From: Hyphochytrium catenoides
Taxonomy: Eukaryota > Protista > Hyphochytriomycota
Length of the DNA stretch: 49,863 nucleotides
Reading direction: 5' to 3'
NCBI GenBank assembly: GCA_900088475.1
Contig: FLMG01003475.1
Span: forward strand, 1 to 49,863
The notes beneath the pieces were generated by a model that saw only the letters and a program-made list of their open reading frames with translations, searched no databases and was not told the DNA's origin. This document shows positions 1-13,974 of the stretch, piece by piece; positions within the stretch are counted from its first letter, which is position 1, and every line of letters begins with the position of its first letter. A program made the position numbers and the translations under genes.

Positions 1-2657
1 GACGTTGAAGGGACGCAGGTTTGTTTGGGCAGCGCCTTTTCTTTCACAAGCCCCATATCTATTGGTAGGTAGGGTATCCCCCTTCCTCGCACCCCACGAC
101 TTAATTACAAAACTGGAAACGGACAAAACATTCTAGCATTCCCTACCAAAAAAAGATGAAACGGCTTTGGCGTTTCTGTAAAGGAAAAAGCCCTGTCTCA
201 TGCAGCATCTTCTGTCTATCTATCTCTCACTCTGTCTCGCACACAGCAAGCATCTCTGGTACGGGAAAAAGCATGCTATTGTAGCCGTTCGGAGCCGTTC
301 TGTCTCCAATGGGGCCTCACGCTCAGATGCGCTCTGTCTGATGTGCTGGCCAGTCATCTGTGGATTCTTTTTCGCCACTTCCGTGGCCCCTCTCTCGTTC
401 TCTCTCTGTCTTTCTCTCTCGTATCTCTCCTCTCTCTGTCTCGTCCCTGTTGTCCTCCTTTCGATCTCTCTCTCTCTCTCTCCATTATCTGTTCTTACTC
501 TCTGTCTCCCTGCTCACTCACTCCCCCCCCCTCTCTTAATCTCTCTGTCTCGGTTCCTCTCTCTCTCTCCGCTAACTCTCTACTATGAGTGACGTACGGC
601 TTTCCATGTTCCTTTCCTTCCCTTCCTTTCCTCCTTCAGCAGCACCAGCAGCCAGGCACAGCGTTGTGTCGGCCCTTCAGCAACACCAGCAGGAGACCAG
701 CCAAACCCAGCAGAAAAAGGAACATCAAAGGCATGATGTTGATGAGGCATCGCTCCGTCCCTGACCTGCTGGCATCATCCTCTTCTTAGACCTGCTGGCT
801 TTGGATGCGGCAGGTGGGAAGTGGATCGATGGCCAGCTGCCTTGTTGATTGAGGCATCAGGGACGACGATGGGATAGTGCTCGGTCCCTGGTGGCATCAA
901 GTCCTTGTTGTTGTTTGATTGGGCCCTCATCCGTTTCATTGGATTGTGCTGAATGTGGAGCGAGGTGGGCAGCCGCCTGCATGCGTCTGTCTCCCTCTGT
1001 GTTGTCCGCTGCTGCTGGCTGCTGTGACTGAAGGGTCAGCAGAAGGGCGAGGGAAAAGAGGAAGAACAGCCAGTGAGAGGTAGAGGGAAGGTGGCAGTGG
1101 CACGAGAAAGAGGAAAGAAGGAAAGGTTGATGATGATGATGGTGGACCAACCTTCTTAGTAGTGAAGAAGACCACTGGAGAAAGGAAAGTGTGGTTGGGA
1201 CGGTTTCTAGCTTGAGAGCACCAGCATGAGGTAGTTGGAAGTGAGCCCAACGAGAAAGGAGGAACGTTGGAAAGCTAGCAGACAGAGAAGGAGAGAGAAG
1301 AGAAGGACGACGAAGAGGGAGACAGCAGACAACAAGAGAGGAAGGAGGTATGATTTGAGAGTATCATATGCCAGAGAAAGACAGATTGACGGTGAGAGCG
1401 GTGGCGTATAAGGAGGGGGAAGTGGGGAGCAGAGTCCAACAAAGACAAGCAGTGAATGAGCGAGGAAGAGTAGTGCGGGAGCCAATCAGCGGAATGCTCT
1501 TCCCTCTCCTTTTCATTCGTCATAACACTGCGGAGCCTGGAGCGTCCAGACCACTAGGGACACGTGCCAGATCAACCTACGGCCTACGTTCAGCTTACAC
1601 TGCTATTGAAGAGAAAAGGAAGAGGGGGACACGCAGCAGAAGGCAAGAGCAAGGGGAGAGAGCTATCGAAGAGGTCAAACCAACAGCTCGATGGCGATGC
1701 ATTGCACAAGGGCAAACACACCGCAGAGATGGGAGGACTGAACAGAAAGCCAGAGAAGAGGGCGACCCGGCGGCGGAAGGCTTAGCAGCTCAACTTTCCT
1801 TCCTTTCTTTTGATTTCTTTTGAGGCGCGCAGCCGCTGCTGCTGTGGGAACAACATGACGTCCTGTCTACCTTGCTCCTACGTACGGCGGTGGCCGAGTA
1901 GTTCTTTCCTCCTCTTGGCGACTCTTGGTAACGGTGAGGCATAAACCATGCCCCCGTAATGATAACTGACAGGCAGGGGGGAGAGAAAGAAGAAGAAAGA
2001 TGTGGCCAGTTGGCGACGGAACAGACAAGACGAAAGAGACCAGCACAGGAGAAAGAGAGAGAGAGAGAGCGCAGCGGTAGGGAGGATGACTGTATGCCCC
2101 TGCATGTAGGAGCCTCTTCTCACCTCGCTGCTCCTTCCTCTCTGTTCAGAGGCATGAGGATGGCGTTTATGGTGCCAGTCACCTGCCTCCCTGCTGCTTC
2201 TCTTGGTTCCACTGTTCATAGATATTAAAGAATAAAGCTCGATCCACTCCCTCGCCCTCTGCTCCTCTGTCTTCTTTTCTGCTCTCTGCTCTTCACTCCC
2301 GTCTTCGGCACTGTTGATGCACTTATGCTCTTTGCCACATCAACAACTCCTCCTTCCTCTAACGTCTCTGGCCTGATGTCGATCGCTGTTTCTTCTGATC
2401 TCTCATTCAACGATCTTCTGCCTTGAAGACGGAGTACGTACGCTCACTGCCAGCGACGGCGGCTCTGAACCCGACCCACGCTTCACCTTTGCAACGAGCG
2501 AAGAGGCCTCTTGTCCTTCTACATTCAACACTTATTACTTCTTCTTCGCGCTCCCGAAGGTCCTCGTCCGCGCGTCAGCACTTTCTCATTATCATCTTCG
2601 TCCTTCAACTGCTATCGTAACCTAACATTCCTGCCTGTCATTCGACCGCTCAGAAGA

Positions 2658-3452
2658 ATGGGTAGTTCCAGCCTTCACTGTGACGTTCACCCATACTCCA
2701 GCACTCAAAGCCTATGCCCTCCTCCTTCTGGTCTGATAGTCATACGGGAAAGACCGATGATGACTGTTCAGGACCGGCAGGAAATGAAGAGCTCTAAAGG
2801 CTTGACAGCGTCGCAGGACGCCGCATGCAACAAGCCAACAAAAGGAAAGGGAGGAAGACAGCCATCGCTGGTTGATCAGCAACAAGAAAAGAGAAATCAT
2901 CAGGAGGAAAACGACCGACGAGTCCCGCCTCTTTGTCGCGGTCTGGCCATCACTTTTGGGACGAAGATCCCGCCAGAAGATTCCCTGGCTTCTCATCGTC
3001 ATCATTTCTCTTCTTCTCCTGGCACGACGATGCTACGACGACTAGGGGAAGAAGGAACAGCATTAATTGCTCAAAGCAATAACGACACGCAGCAAAGATC
3101 CTTCGCCACAGTGGGAGGGAAGAATCCTAACGCCGACCACAACCAGGCAGCAGTAAGCGCAACCGCTCAACCTTCATCATGTGACAACAGGTTAGACAGG
3201 CAAATAAAGGACGGACATGAGGGTGCCTCATCAGGTAGCGGCGGCTCAGGCAACGAGAAGGAAGTCTGCTCCAATCAGCATAGAAGAAGTGTCACACCTC
3301 TCCTCCATCCGCGTGTCTTTGCCCTTCGCAACTCTGAGCGAAGTCAGATCAACGACATTCCATTTCCTTCGTTATCATCGTCACATGTCATTTTCCATAG
3401 AAGAATAGAGCCCTTCATTCGAACTTCACGCTATCCATCTGCCTGCTGCTAG
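2658..3452 (+). CDS. Hypothetical low-complexity protein, member A of a local family with C-terminal P-x2-H-x-R-x2-A-x4-E-x-S-x3-DI-x2-P motif
   Basis: The open frame spans 2511-3452 with its first ATG at 2658. The protein is S/Q/G/T-rich. Motif PLLHPRVFALRNSERSQINDIPFP at 3297-3368 is shared with the ORFs at 9614-10366 and 23570-24115. Confidence 0.6.
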   Translation: MGSSSLHCDVHPYSSTQSLCPPPSGLIVIRERPMMTVQDRQEMKSSKGLTASQDAACNKPTKGKGGRQPSLVDQQQEKRNHQEENDRRVPPLCRGLAITFGTKIPPEDSLASHRHHFSSSPGTTMLRRLGEEGTALIAQSNNDTQQRSFATVGGKNPNADHNQAAVSATAQPSSCDNRLDRQIKDGHEGASSGSGGSGNEKEVCSNQHRRSVTPLLHPRVFALRNSERSQINDIPFPSLSSSHVIFHRRIEPFIRTSRYPSACC

Positions 3453-3921
3453 CTCACCGTCATCGTTCTTTGTACAGTTCTCTGTTTCCTTGAGATGTTC
3501 CTCAGGAGAAGGCCATAGCTATGAGCTAAGTGCTAATAATGTTAATAAGCAATCTGGTTATTTGGTTAGAGTCCGATGACATCTTCTCCTCTCTTTCCAT
3601 TTGTCTGTTCCATGCGTGTGATGATGCTTTATAAATGTCATGACGAGGAAGATAGGAGGAGGTTGTAGGTGCTGCCCTAGGTCTTCGTTGCCCGTCGTGG
3701 CTGCTGGATTTATATCATAATAGCTGATAGTACCTGGAGCTCGGCAGCGAAGAAAGGTCTGATAGCGCAGCAATCGAAGCAGGCGAATAACTCTAATAGC
3801 TGCTGACACTTTATTGACATGATAATATAAGAAGATAGGGACTTTCTCTTCTGTTAAAAGAGCTAAAGTAAGAGGACACATTAATTCTTTCTTCCCACCA
3901 GCAACCAAGACGAAAGGCCCA

Positions 3922-6031
3922 TTAGATGTCTAGAGGTTTGTTGATGCACGACATGACGTCCACGATGGCCTGCTCTGAGAGCACCATCTGGGTATGTTTG
4001 AAGGTGGGATACCAAAGCACCGTCATCGGCGCCTTCTTGCCTTTCCTCTCACAGCTGCACTTGAGATGACCGTCCTTCGCGCTATAGATAGCTCGGTCCT
4101 CGCTTATTCTGCGGGGCACTAACGGCTGTCCCTCGTCCTCCTCCTGGAGGTCTTGGTAATCCAGGGTGCAGGGACATCCATTGACTCCGCCCATCATGAG
4201 GTACTTGAAGATTGCCTGAGTTGGGGCAACTTCGTCCCTTCCGCCTAGGAAGACAATGCTATCGTGGTCATGCAGTTCATCTACAAAGACCACATTCTGA
4301 TACCACCAGAAGTGGCGCTTCAAGGTTCTTGCGATGTGCAGCTCTCTGGACGCAAAGTAGTAGTAGACGTGCTCCATGAAGCTCCTGGGGCTCCGATATT
4401 GGAAGTTATACGCCACATGAGGGAGAAAGAGGAGAAAGCAGACTGGATCTAGGAAGACCGTCCGTGCCACCACCTGAAGGAAAAATATTAGTCCCTTGGG
4501 CTAGCTGTCACACTTTTTGGCTTTTCTACTGTCTCCCTTGAACTCTTGAACTCTCTTCTTCCCCTGGTTCTCCACCGCCTTAAAGTGATCAACCACCAAG
4601 CAGTAGAGCGCCTCAGTATTCTCTCATGGCTTCATTCTCTAACCCCTGGAGGCGTCCTTTGAGGTTAAGCACATCTTGCTTTCTTTGTCTTCCTTTTGCC
4701 ACCATGCCCTATTCCCCTTGTAGAAAGCTCACAAGCCAAGAAGAGGGGCATAGATTCATCACAAGAAGCTATCCTACCTGAGGGATAACCTTGCTGACCC
4801 AGCCAACCACCACAGAGCCAAAGCTGTGGCCAACCACAATCACCTTCGAGAGCTGATGCTCCTTCAAGATCGCTTCCACAGCAGCAGCAGTGTCTGCCCT
4901 AGAAGGAACATCTTGCGCCCACATCATTGACGAGTCAATGAAGGGCAATTCTACCAGGATGCTGGTCCGTCCGTGACATAGATAGGAAAGGAAGTATAGA
5001 TAAGGGAAGAGGCCAATGCCCACGCCGTGAAAGAATAAGACGGGCATATGGCTAGGGTTGGCCTCACTGCGAATCCAATAGTTCAGTAGCTTCCCACGAT
5101 GGTAGGTGAACCCTCTGAGTCTCAGCACAATGCCAGTTACCTCATGTAGAATGGCCGTCCCAACATAAAGTAGCAATGGGCGATAATGAGAGCGCAACGG
5201 GTCCAAGGTAAGTCGAATGGGTACTGTCTCTCGATGTTCGCCCTGAGAGGAGTAGGATGGACGAGGATTGTGAGCGGCATGCTCCTCAGTGGTGCCAGGG
5301 TCTAACGCTATGGTCGTCCTCTTACCGGCACAAACTTCACTTTAAGTTCTTTCTCTGTCAGCTCCATCAGCTCGTCCAACTGTTGCTGATCCTCTGCTCC
5401 AAGTTGGTCAACGTCGGCCGCAAAGTAAGCCCAAGCATAGAACTTGCGAATATTGCCGAAGTGGATGCTATGATCTTTCCGGTCATGGAACCACCTGGAC
5501 TCAGGCGACAGTTAATAATAGAGCCATGAAGGCTCCAGGGAGGACGGCGATCGGGAAAAAGAGATGAGTAGGCGGGGAAGGAGGCCTCTAGCTGAGAGTG
5601 ATGGACAGAGTCCTCAGAAGAGGAAGTGTTCCGAGCACTTACAGTCTGAAGTACTCCCATGCATCCAGCTTCTGGCTCCTTAGCGTCTTCAAGACTTTCT
5701 TGTGCAACTCTAATGCAGGCATGCCATATGCCGGCGGAGTCGTTAGCTCTTGCCACTGGTTGAGACGCCTTCTATAGTAGAAGAAGTAGAAGAGCACTTC
5801 TATCACCAGCCACACAGTCACAGAGACCGCGATCTCCGCACTGACGTCATGGAGCCAGGCCGGACATGAGTTCCAACAGATTAGAGCGAGACTTGAGGCT
5901 ACCAACGTGTCTACGACGGTTGGCACTGCTGCTTCTTCAGCAAGAAGCAGGAGGGAGGGAAGCAGACTGACAAGCGTTGGAGTGAGAACAGTTAAGCTGA
6001 AGAGTGAGACAAGGACTTGAGAGGTTTTCAT
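3922..6031 (-). CDS. Membrane-anchored alpha/beta-fold hydrolase; 4 exons: 6031-5643, 5494-5326, 5242-4778, 4473-3922
   Basis: All three introns are GT..AG (donors GTAAGT, GTAAGA, GTAGGA) and phase-compatible. The joined protein has hydrophobic N-terminal segments, RLTLDP..HYRPL, oxyanion motif FFHGVGIG, nucleophile elbow VGHSFG, FLDPVCF, and candidate acid (GRDEV) and His (FKHT). It ends in TAA. Confidence 0.88.
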
Positions 6032-9000
6032 CGTGGAGTCCCGGCTCGCTACTAGCGGGTGTGCTTCGTTCTAACCCTTCTGCCTTCACGAAGGTGCTGC
6101 GCCTTCTGCTGGTCAAGACAACAGCGATGTCTCCCTAGGCCCTTGCCACGCCCTTCTGCTTTGTCTCTCCTTTCTATGACTCTTGACTACCTACGACGAC
6201 GAGAGCTATGATAGTAGAGTGCACGGGGTATTGGTAACACAAGCAAGCCAAATGTATTATGAGGCTAAGCTCCCTTACGAATCTCTGCCCCTTGCTTGGA
6301 GCGGGAAGAACGCTTGCAGGAAGAGAGGAGGACAGACAAGGAGGAGTCAAGGAGAAACGAGGACCGATCGCTGCGGCTAGGTGGTGCCTCTTCTTGGCTG
6401 AATCGAAGTTGATCGGTGCGTCGCCGCTTCTTCTTCTTCCCCTTCTTCCTGCTGCTGCGTGTTCTAACATCCTGGTCATCATCGCCAGTAGCTTGTTGGC
6501 AGCAGCAGCGCAACTCTCTTCACTGCTGCTATGTTCTTTGTTTGATGGCTCTCTGCTAGCTGGTCACTCGAGTGCGAACAATGATGTCATGGTCCACCCT
6601 CCTTGACAACTCTTATAAACACCATTTCTCTGTCTTTTTACGCTTGATGTCTCAAAAGAGACGGGCTGTCATGGTGCCTGCTAGCTTACTTCTACCACTC
6701 TCTCTTCTCCGTTCTTCTCGTCGCCTCGCTTCTTTAGATTCTCAATCAGGTGAGGTGGATACTTAGATAGCGGTGTACTCTGTCTGAGTGACGATCTTTC
6801 TGCGGTGACAGGTCATCAATGGCGCCTCCTGATCTCATCTCCCCGCCAATAGCAAGAGGAGGAGGATCTCTCGTTCAACACCAGGTCCAAGATCCATACA
6901 TTTGCCTCCTTTTTCCCTTACCCTCATAAGGACTAGAGCCAAACCTTTTCTGGTTTGCTTCTCTCTCTTTCATTGTTGTCCTGCTGCCTTCTCATTGAAA
7001 CGCTGACAGCTGTCAACATCTCAGCCAAATAGGTGGTGCAAGAGCTGGTGATAAGCTAGCTTCTAGCTAACGAAATAGATATGTGCTTCTCACCATCCTT
7101 GTGCAGGGAGGAGGGCAGACAGAGCGCTGGCCTCGTGTACAGCTGCTATAACTTTTGGCTGTCCCACCGCTGCTGATGGTGCGCGGGAGTTCTACCTACG
7201 ACGATGATGGTTGAGCTTGATAGTAATCCCAAAGCGAGTTCTTTGGACAGCTGGATAATGGACTAAGTCCTACCTAATAGTAGGGGAGACTACAGGATAC
7301 CCGCAGGAGGAGGAGGCAATCATCATTCTCCCTGAGACCGTAACGATGATGGCAATGATGAGACCACTGCCACCATAGATTGTCCTTGTCATGGGAAGGA
7401 GAAGGAGGAGATGGACGCAGGTGGAAGAGTAGTTCTACTAGGTCTGAAGATTGGCAGGCAGGCAGACAGGCAGGCAGGCAGGAAGCAAGGAACTCGAGTG
7501 CTCGTCGTAGTCCAAGGATGTAGGAAGAGGATGAGCTGCTGCTGCTTCTTGCTGTGTGTGCCGCATACGAGGAGGACTAACTATATCAATCCTATGCCAT
7601 ACCGTCGCTGTCATATCTTCTTTTAACGATGGCAAAGACAACAGAGTTGCTGCCTCCTCCATGATGATAATGCTAGTAAGACTTCTTGTTGAGAGCGCGT
7701 GTGTTGCTGCTATTGTGGTGGCTGCTCGTCCTTCGGAAAAAGTAAGAAGTGCTTCTCGCTGTTGCCGAAGATGAGATGAAATCCTGGTGAATGAGGGGCG
7801 GGGCGGGCGTGGATCGTCATCGTTATCAAACTACTCTTCTTCTTCTTCGTCGTCGAAGGAGGAGGTTCGATTGGCAAGTCGTTTATCAGCAGTACGATGG
7901 CGCACCGAATGGCCGCGGCCGTAGCTGCTGCTCCTTCTGTGAACTAATGATGAGCTGCTGTTGTTTGTTGGGATGAGATGGAGGCGGATCCTCAAAGCTT
8001 AGAGAGTACGTACGTCGAGGCGACGACGTGGGCGTGTGTCTCGTCAATTGTCTACTTTCACTTCTTTTGGCAGGGTCGACCCCAGCACTTTCCTTAGTAG
8101 GAAAACATGCTCTTCTGGCACTACCATCACCATCAAGAAAGGGATGGTTCCCGACCGCCGTCGACTTCCTCAAAAATAGGGTCATTCTCCTGATGAGCGC
8201 TGGTTGGTGCCAAACAAGACAATGGAGCGGAGCGCCCAAAAAGAAAAGCACCTTTGTCCTTCAGAGACGACATCTTCCTCACTGCTATTGCACCTGTGAT
8301 GACAGAGCTAGCTATATGAAGCAGCAGGCATCTAACGAAGTTATGGCCTTAGACTGTCTCTCTTTTCTCTTCCCTAGTCTCAAATCTCTGCGGCCGGTGC
8401 CATAGTCTCGCTCGATAATAGAAGTGCAGGGAACGCCTTCAAGAGGAGAAGAAGAAGCGGGGGAGAGATAAGAAGAGGAGAAGACTTGGGGAGAGGTGGG
8501 GGAAAAGAGAGAAGAGAATAATAGTGAGAGGAACAGAAAAAAGGAACAGTGGTGATAGCGTTTGTGAGCTCAGTCAGTGAGCAGCAAGACGAGGTCGCAT
8601 AATAGGGATTTAGTGCAGTTATGCTGGTAGAAGGCACTGTACGAGGGTAAACGGCTTCAGCAACAGCGAAGGAACACACCTGATCATGCTCACCCAACAA
8701 GAGACAGCCAAGATATATATAAAATGTCGTGATGCGAACTGACTGGACAGAGAGCCGGGGAGAGAGAGAGAGAGAGAGAGAGACAGAGAAGATATTTGTT
8801 TTTGTTTGTGTATGCGGGAAAAGGTTGAAGGGAACAGAGAAGACAGAAGGAAGGAGAGAGAGAAGAAAGACGTGGGCTAAAGGCGGCAGCTAGTTAGGCC
8901 ACGACGATAAGATCAGGAGGAAGGCTTACTCTTAGGCAAAAGAGTGTCCCTTCCGTAATAAACGATGACGGCCCAACCCTCCTCTGCCTACAAGTACTCC

Positions 9001-9613
9001 CTCCAGGACTGGAACGCCTATTACTTTGCAAGAGCCACCAAGGATCTCTGCAGGATACACTGTTCTTCTACTAGAAAGGGCCACGCAGATGGGAAGAGAC
9101 AATCAGAAAATAGCCCAAGCAGCAGGTGCTAAGATCCGCTGGCTAGCCACTCCTAAGGGCACAACCTCTAGCTAGTCAGTAGTCTCTACCGGCTAGCCAG
9201 TGGTGTCCTTCACAGGCAACCGAGAGTGTGACCACTCCTCACATAGCAGCAACAGCGAGTACGAGTGTTCACAGGCTCTAGTATTATCCTTATAATAGAG
9301 ACCTCGCAATGACAGGACAAATAACGATCGACAAAAGATAGTTAAATAGGCGCTATCGTCCTCTCTATGGCTGCAAGCAGGGCAGCACAGAGCCTAGACT
9401 GGCGTCAGCAACCGAACAGGCAGCCTAGGTTGAGATGCCAAGCATAGACAGTACCAGGAACAACGAGAGAGCGGCGGCAACAAAAAATAAAACAGGACAC
9501 AAGGATCGACGTCGCAGGGACAAAAATGAGAGGATCAACAAGCGATGTGAGTCCATTGGCAAAGCTGAGGCCAAGAATGCCGTGCGACATAATGCTTCGC
9601 TCTGGACGATGTT

Positions 9614-10366
9614 TTAAAGACTTGAGCCGATCGCAGTGACCCTTGTCGAGGTACAAGCTGCAGGATTTGGGAAAGCGATGTCTACAATCAGGCTAGGCTC
9701 ACGCTGGCGAAGGGCTAGGACTCTGCGGTGCACCAGAGGACTAACAAGCTCTCTTCTTCTTGGGCCACTGCAGTCTTGACCGTCTCTAGGCGGTGGGCTG
9801 TCTCTAGGCGGCTGTCCTCCTCCCGCTGCTATGGAGATATCCGACGGTGACGGTTGGGTCTCTATAGGGCCTCTGGTGGTAATATCATCTGCAACACGTG
9901 TCCTCCTTTCGATTGAGCAGTCGTCATCATGGGATGTGCAAGTTGGCAGTCGCTCCGGCTGAGGCATCGTCGTGGTTGTCCGCCTTATAACAAAAATCTT
10001 GCTACGCAAGGAGGATTGAGGCCTCTGTGAAAACGGCGAAGAAGACGAAGTACCAAAAGGGCTGCTGCTTCCTGAAGATTGGCAGGAAGTGCGTTGAGAC
10101 ATCTTGCTGGTGCTGCCATTTGAGTGGTCTTCTAGTGGAAACAGTGGATCCTCCTTGCTATGAGCGGCAACTTGTTTTAGCTCATACCGCGAGGTGAGCG
10201 GTACGCTTCCGCCCTCTTGTGAGCGGGAGGCTGGTCGAACCCTTACAACTGGTTCGTGGTGCGCAGTCCTGTCTGGGCCTTCCCTCCCGCTATCCCGAAA
10301 GCCCTTCGATTGAGGGACTAACTCGATGATGCTGGGCTGGTCGTCCTCCTTATGAATGAGACCCAT
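9614..10366 (-). CDS. Hypothetical low-complexity protein (250 aa), member B of the local motif family
   Basis: ATG-to-TAA ORF, S/P/R/T-rich, with motif PLVHRRVLALRQREPSLIVDIAFP at 9739-9668. Confidence 0.62.
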   Translation of the reverse strand: MGLIHKEDDQPSIIELVPQSKGFRDSGREGPDRTAHHEPVVRVRPASRSQEGGSVPLTSRYELKQVAAHSKEDPLFPLEDHSNGSTSKMSQRTSCQSSGSSSPFGTSSSSPFSQRPQSSLRSKIFVIRRTTTTMPQPERLPTCTSHDDDCSIERRTRVADDITTRGPIETQPSPSDISIAAGGGQPPRDSPPPRDGQDCSGPRRRELVSPLVHRRVLALRQREPSLIVDIAFPNPAACTSTRVTAIGSSL

Positions 10367-11606
10367 GATAATAGCTGCTGTTCAGGATGAGTGTCTGCCA
10401 GGTAGTGGTGCGGCGGTCAGTGCGACCCTAGAATAGTTAACATGAGAAGAGGAATCCCCACAATGACTGCTGAGGTATAGATTAAGGCTGTACGGTCTGA
10501 ATTCCTCTTGTGCTAGGCAGGGCAGCGGCGCGCTCGTGGTCAGTCAGTCCCTTTCTATCCAAGAAATGAAGACCAAGAAGAACTTTTTATGAGCCGTGGG
10601 CAGCAAGTGGCTCCATACCCAGGATTGTGAACGTAGACTTTAGTAGACAGACTATTATTCACCAACATGAAAGCGAGGGGTGAAAGCCTGTCAATCTTCT
10701 GCAGAGGGAACCACCCCAAACGACAAGAGATAGAAGGCCGGCAGTGACACAATAATAGGCCCAACCTATCATACACAGTCCTCCCAGTGTCCTATCCTCC
10801 CTTCTCTAACTATCGTGTCATCCTTATCCTTTCTTATTACCCTCATTGCCTCTGACTCTCCCTTCTGCTCTTCGCCCTCCTGCTGCTCTGCGGTTTCTCT
10901 CTCCTACATATGCCGTACGTGGGTGGTGAGAAGGCCCACCCTTCACCATAGGAAGGAGGAGGAACCTGTCCAGCTGCGCCCAAAGCGCTCGTTCTCTCGT
11001 GGCTCTACCATGCGCCCTTTTTTTCCTCTCTTTTCCTCCTCTCTTCTACCTCCTAGAGTCTCCTCCTCTTTTGGCAATTCCGGTCTCTTGTTAGTGCAGT
11101 GTCCATCTTCTTGTCCTTCTTCTGTGGACTGTACAAGGCGCATAATGAGCCTCCTGCTGGGATTGAGAGGAGGAGGCGAGGAAGACACATTCTATGAAGA
11201 ATGAATGGACTTCTGGTTGACACATTCTAGACCAAGGTGGCGTCAGCTGCTGGGGTGGCTGGAGACGGATGGGTGCTGCTAAGAGCTTCTTTGAGGGGAA
11301 GAGCCAGAAGAGAAGGAGGGAAACAGGAATGAGAAAGGAGGTAGGTCCTGCTTAACCAGTTCTTTAGAGACTGTTGAGATGTGGGACGCAAGAGGAAGGA
11401 AGGCTGTTAAAGTGCTGGGAACGGCGGCGGCGGAGAGAAGCGGATAGAGAGAGGAAAGGAGGGGTGCTTGCCCATCCAAGGTCGAAAGAGAACTTTAACG
11501 GTAGAGAGCAGAGACAGGAGGAGGAGAACTGTGGGACAAGCGGAAATGGGAGACCGCAGCACCGTTTCATGTCAAGCAAAACACTCTCTCCTCCCTTCTG
11601 GTGCTT

Positions 11607-11731
11607 GCTTCTCTCTCTTTTTCTCTCTCTCTTTCTCTCTCTCTCTTTCCCTTTCTTCTCTCTCTCTCTCTTCTCCCTCTCTCCCCCACGCTCCTTCCCC
11701 TGTCTTTCCCTCTCCTCTCCTTCCCACTCTT

Positions 11732-11786
<55 letters not shown>

Positions 11787-11791
11787 TCTCT
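11607..11791. repeat. Imperfect (CT)n/polypyrimidine microsatellite
   Basis: About 185 bp of almost pure C/T with long CT runs. It generates the spurious poly-SL and poly-ER ORFs here. Confidence 0.9.
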
Positions 11792-13974
11792 CGGGCCCTG
11801 GTCCAGCCCAGCACTGGCCCCTCATGTTCCCACAGCACTGTCAGGAAATTGGACGGAAGGAACGGCCAGAGAGGCCAATGTCCTGGAGAATAAAACACTG
11901 TCTCCTTGAGAGTGCCGAAAATAACAGGTGGCTCAACTTTCATGACTTCACGGTTTCACTCATCCCCTTCCGCCTTCCACACTCTTACCAGAAGTTATGT
12001 CATCCTCACGAAATTAACTCCACTTCCGCATCCTAGTCTTATTTAGTGGGAGGAAGGGCCAGGCAGGGCCGCCTTAGCCAGAACTTTACCAGGAACATCT
12101 TGGTCTCTTTTTTGGGTCTGTGGCGCAGCTGGGAAAGGCCTTAGCAGTAGGTCCTTAGATTTCCTGCTGTCTTGCATCGATCCCTGCGGCTGTGTGACCA
12201 AGAAGGAAGAAGCAAGGGACAGAGCCAGTAGCAGCTATGATGCCAGAGCCCTAGGAGTGCAAGAAGCGATCTCTCTTCGTCTAGTTGTCTCCTCTATCTG
12301 TTGTTGATGAGTTTGCTCAGTGACGAGGCAAAGGGCGGGCAAAGGGCGAGAAGGTGGAGGCCGCGTTTGTTTCTTTTTGCAAGCGTCTCCTTGAGGGGCA
12401 ACGAAGGCTGAAGGACGTGAGAGAACATGTAAGAACAGTAAGAGCGAAGGAGGCTGAAGATGGAGGCAGCGGAGGAAAAGAACAATGGACGATGCCGAAG
12501 GATAGAGCTAGCAGTAAGATCCGGTGCCGTGAGGGGCGACAGGACGGTAGAACCAGAAGAAGAAACTGTTGTCACATTACCTCTCTCAGGACCCAGGGTC
12601 GATCCAACCCGGCCTGTGGCATAAGAAAGGGCAAGATTTCCAATCGTTAACCGTCTCAAGAACGACGTTCGTGGTCCTCGCTGCTTTTGTTCTTTTCTGC
12701 TGCTGCTCTCGTTCGTCAGAGCTTGCCATAGGACTTGCCCCTGATAGCAGCACCATCCTTGTGACCAACCAGCCTAAGAAGGAGGAGCTGAGGAAAGCAA
12801 AAGGAATGTTATCTTATCCTTGTCCTTTCCCCGCACAACACCTTGTTCCCTACCGGTGGGTGCCCTCATCATCATCACGAACGGAAGGCGTCCTGGCCCG
12901 CAACTGCACACGGCGCCAAGCTGCTCTTCGTTTAGCAGTGCGGGGCAGTAATGGACTCGAAGCCCCTCAAACTCAGTCAACTCTTCCCCTGCTGACTAGA
13001 TAAAAACTTGAAGGACAAGTGCTTTGGGGCCCTTCTTGGTTCCATGTCCATCTTTAAAGAAGCACAGCCGCTTATCCTCCTTGCTTGCGGCTCCATCACC
13101 TACATCGTTTTTCTCTTCCCGTCGTATGGGTTGCTACTAGAAGAGTCGTCCATTGACTGTTCTTTGACGGGAACGATATCTGCATGATGGTGGCTCGCTT
13201 CCACCTCCTTGTCTTTTTCTCCTCAGACTGGCCGTCATCCCTTACCTCTTCGCTTATAATTAGCTGAGAAGAATGAGCAGAGCAAGAGCGACCATTAACT
13301 GAGAAAAGACCGCATTCATTATCGTTCGCAGCAGCAATAAGAAGGAAGAATTGAACGCGTTATCTTGCCAGTGCTTTCGTTGTTGCTGCCCAGGAAACCC
13401 TTGGTGGGCGTGCTTCTGTTGCCTCGGTTATAAATCTATAAGCTTCACCTCTCCTCCTCTTTCCTCACTGGCGGAGGGTACGCGGCCTATCGAAGGCAGG
13501 GGAAAGCCAGCTTCTACCATCTATTGTCATTATTGAACACATTGGATCCTCCTCCTTCCATGACGGACACATGAGGAGCGAGGCAACTAATAAGAAACAG
13601 GCACAGACGGTCAAGGGCTCGATTGACTGTGCAGCGAGGGTATATCATGGTCAAGAATTTTGAAGAACTATGAAAAGTAGTGCAGTGAGTCTCATCTCAT
13701 TTTGATTGAACTCCAAAGTAAAGAAGGCTGTGGATAAGGAGGGACAGAAGACCGATGTTAGTCATTCTCTTCCTGCTTTTGCTCTTGTCCTTCTGTCTAT
13801 AAAAGTTATTATCAATACTTTTCTGCTGCTGGGGCTTGCTGAGGGCAAGCCGTCATTATCTTGCAAGGCAATCTACCTGTCGATCAGGTCTTCCTTCTTT
13901 CCCCTTAACAAGAATGTTATCTCGTTTCTGTGTCGCATCGAGTGCGAGCCCTAACAGAGGAGGAACACTGCCCA

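Noticed and set aside
200-592. SL-rich hydrophobic ORF, and similar poly-SL/poly-ER ORFs at 11364-12036, 41906-42506, 45388-47212 and 48282-48957
   Set aside because: These are translations of (CT)n/(GA)n microsatellites or antisense shadows of real exons.
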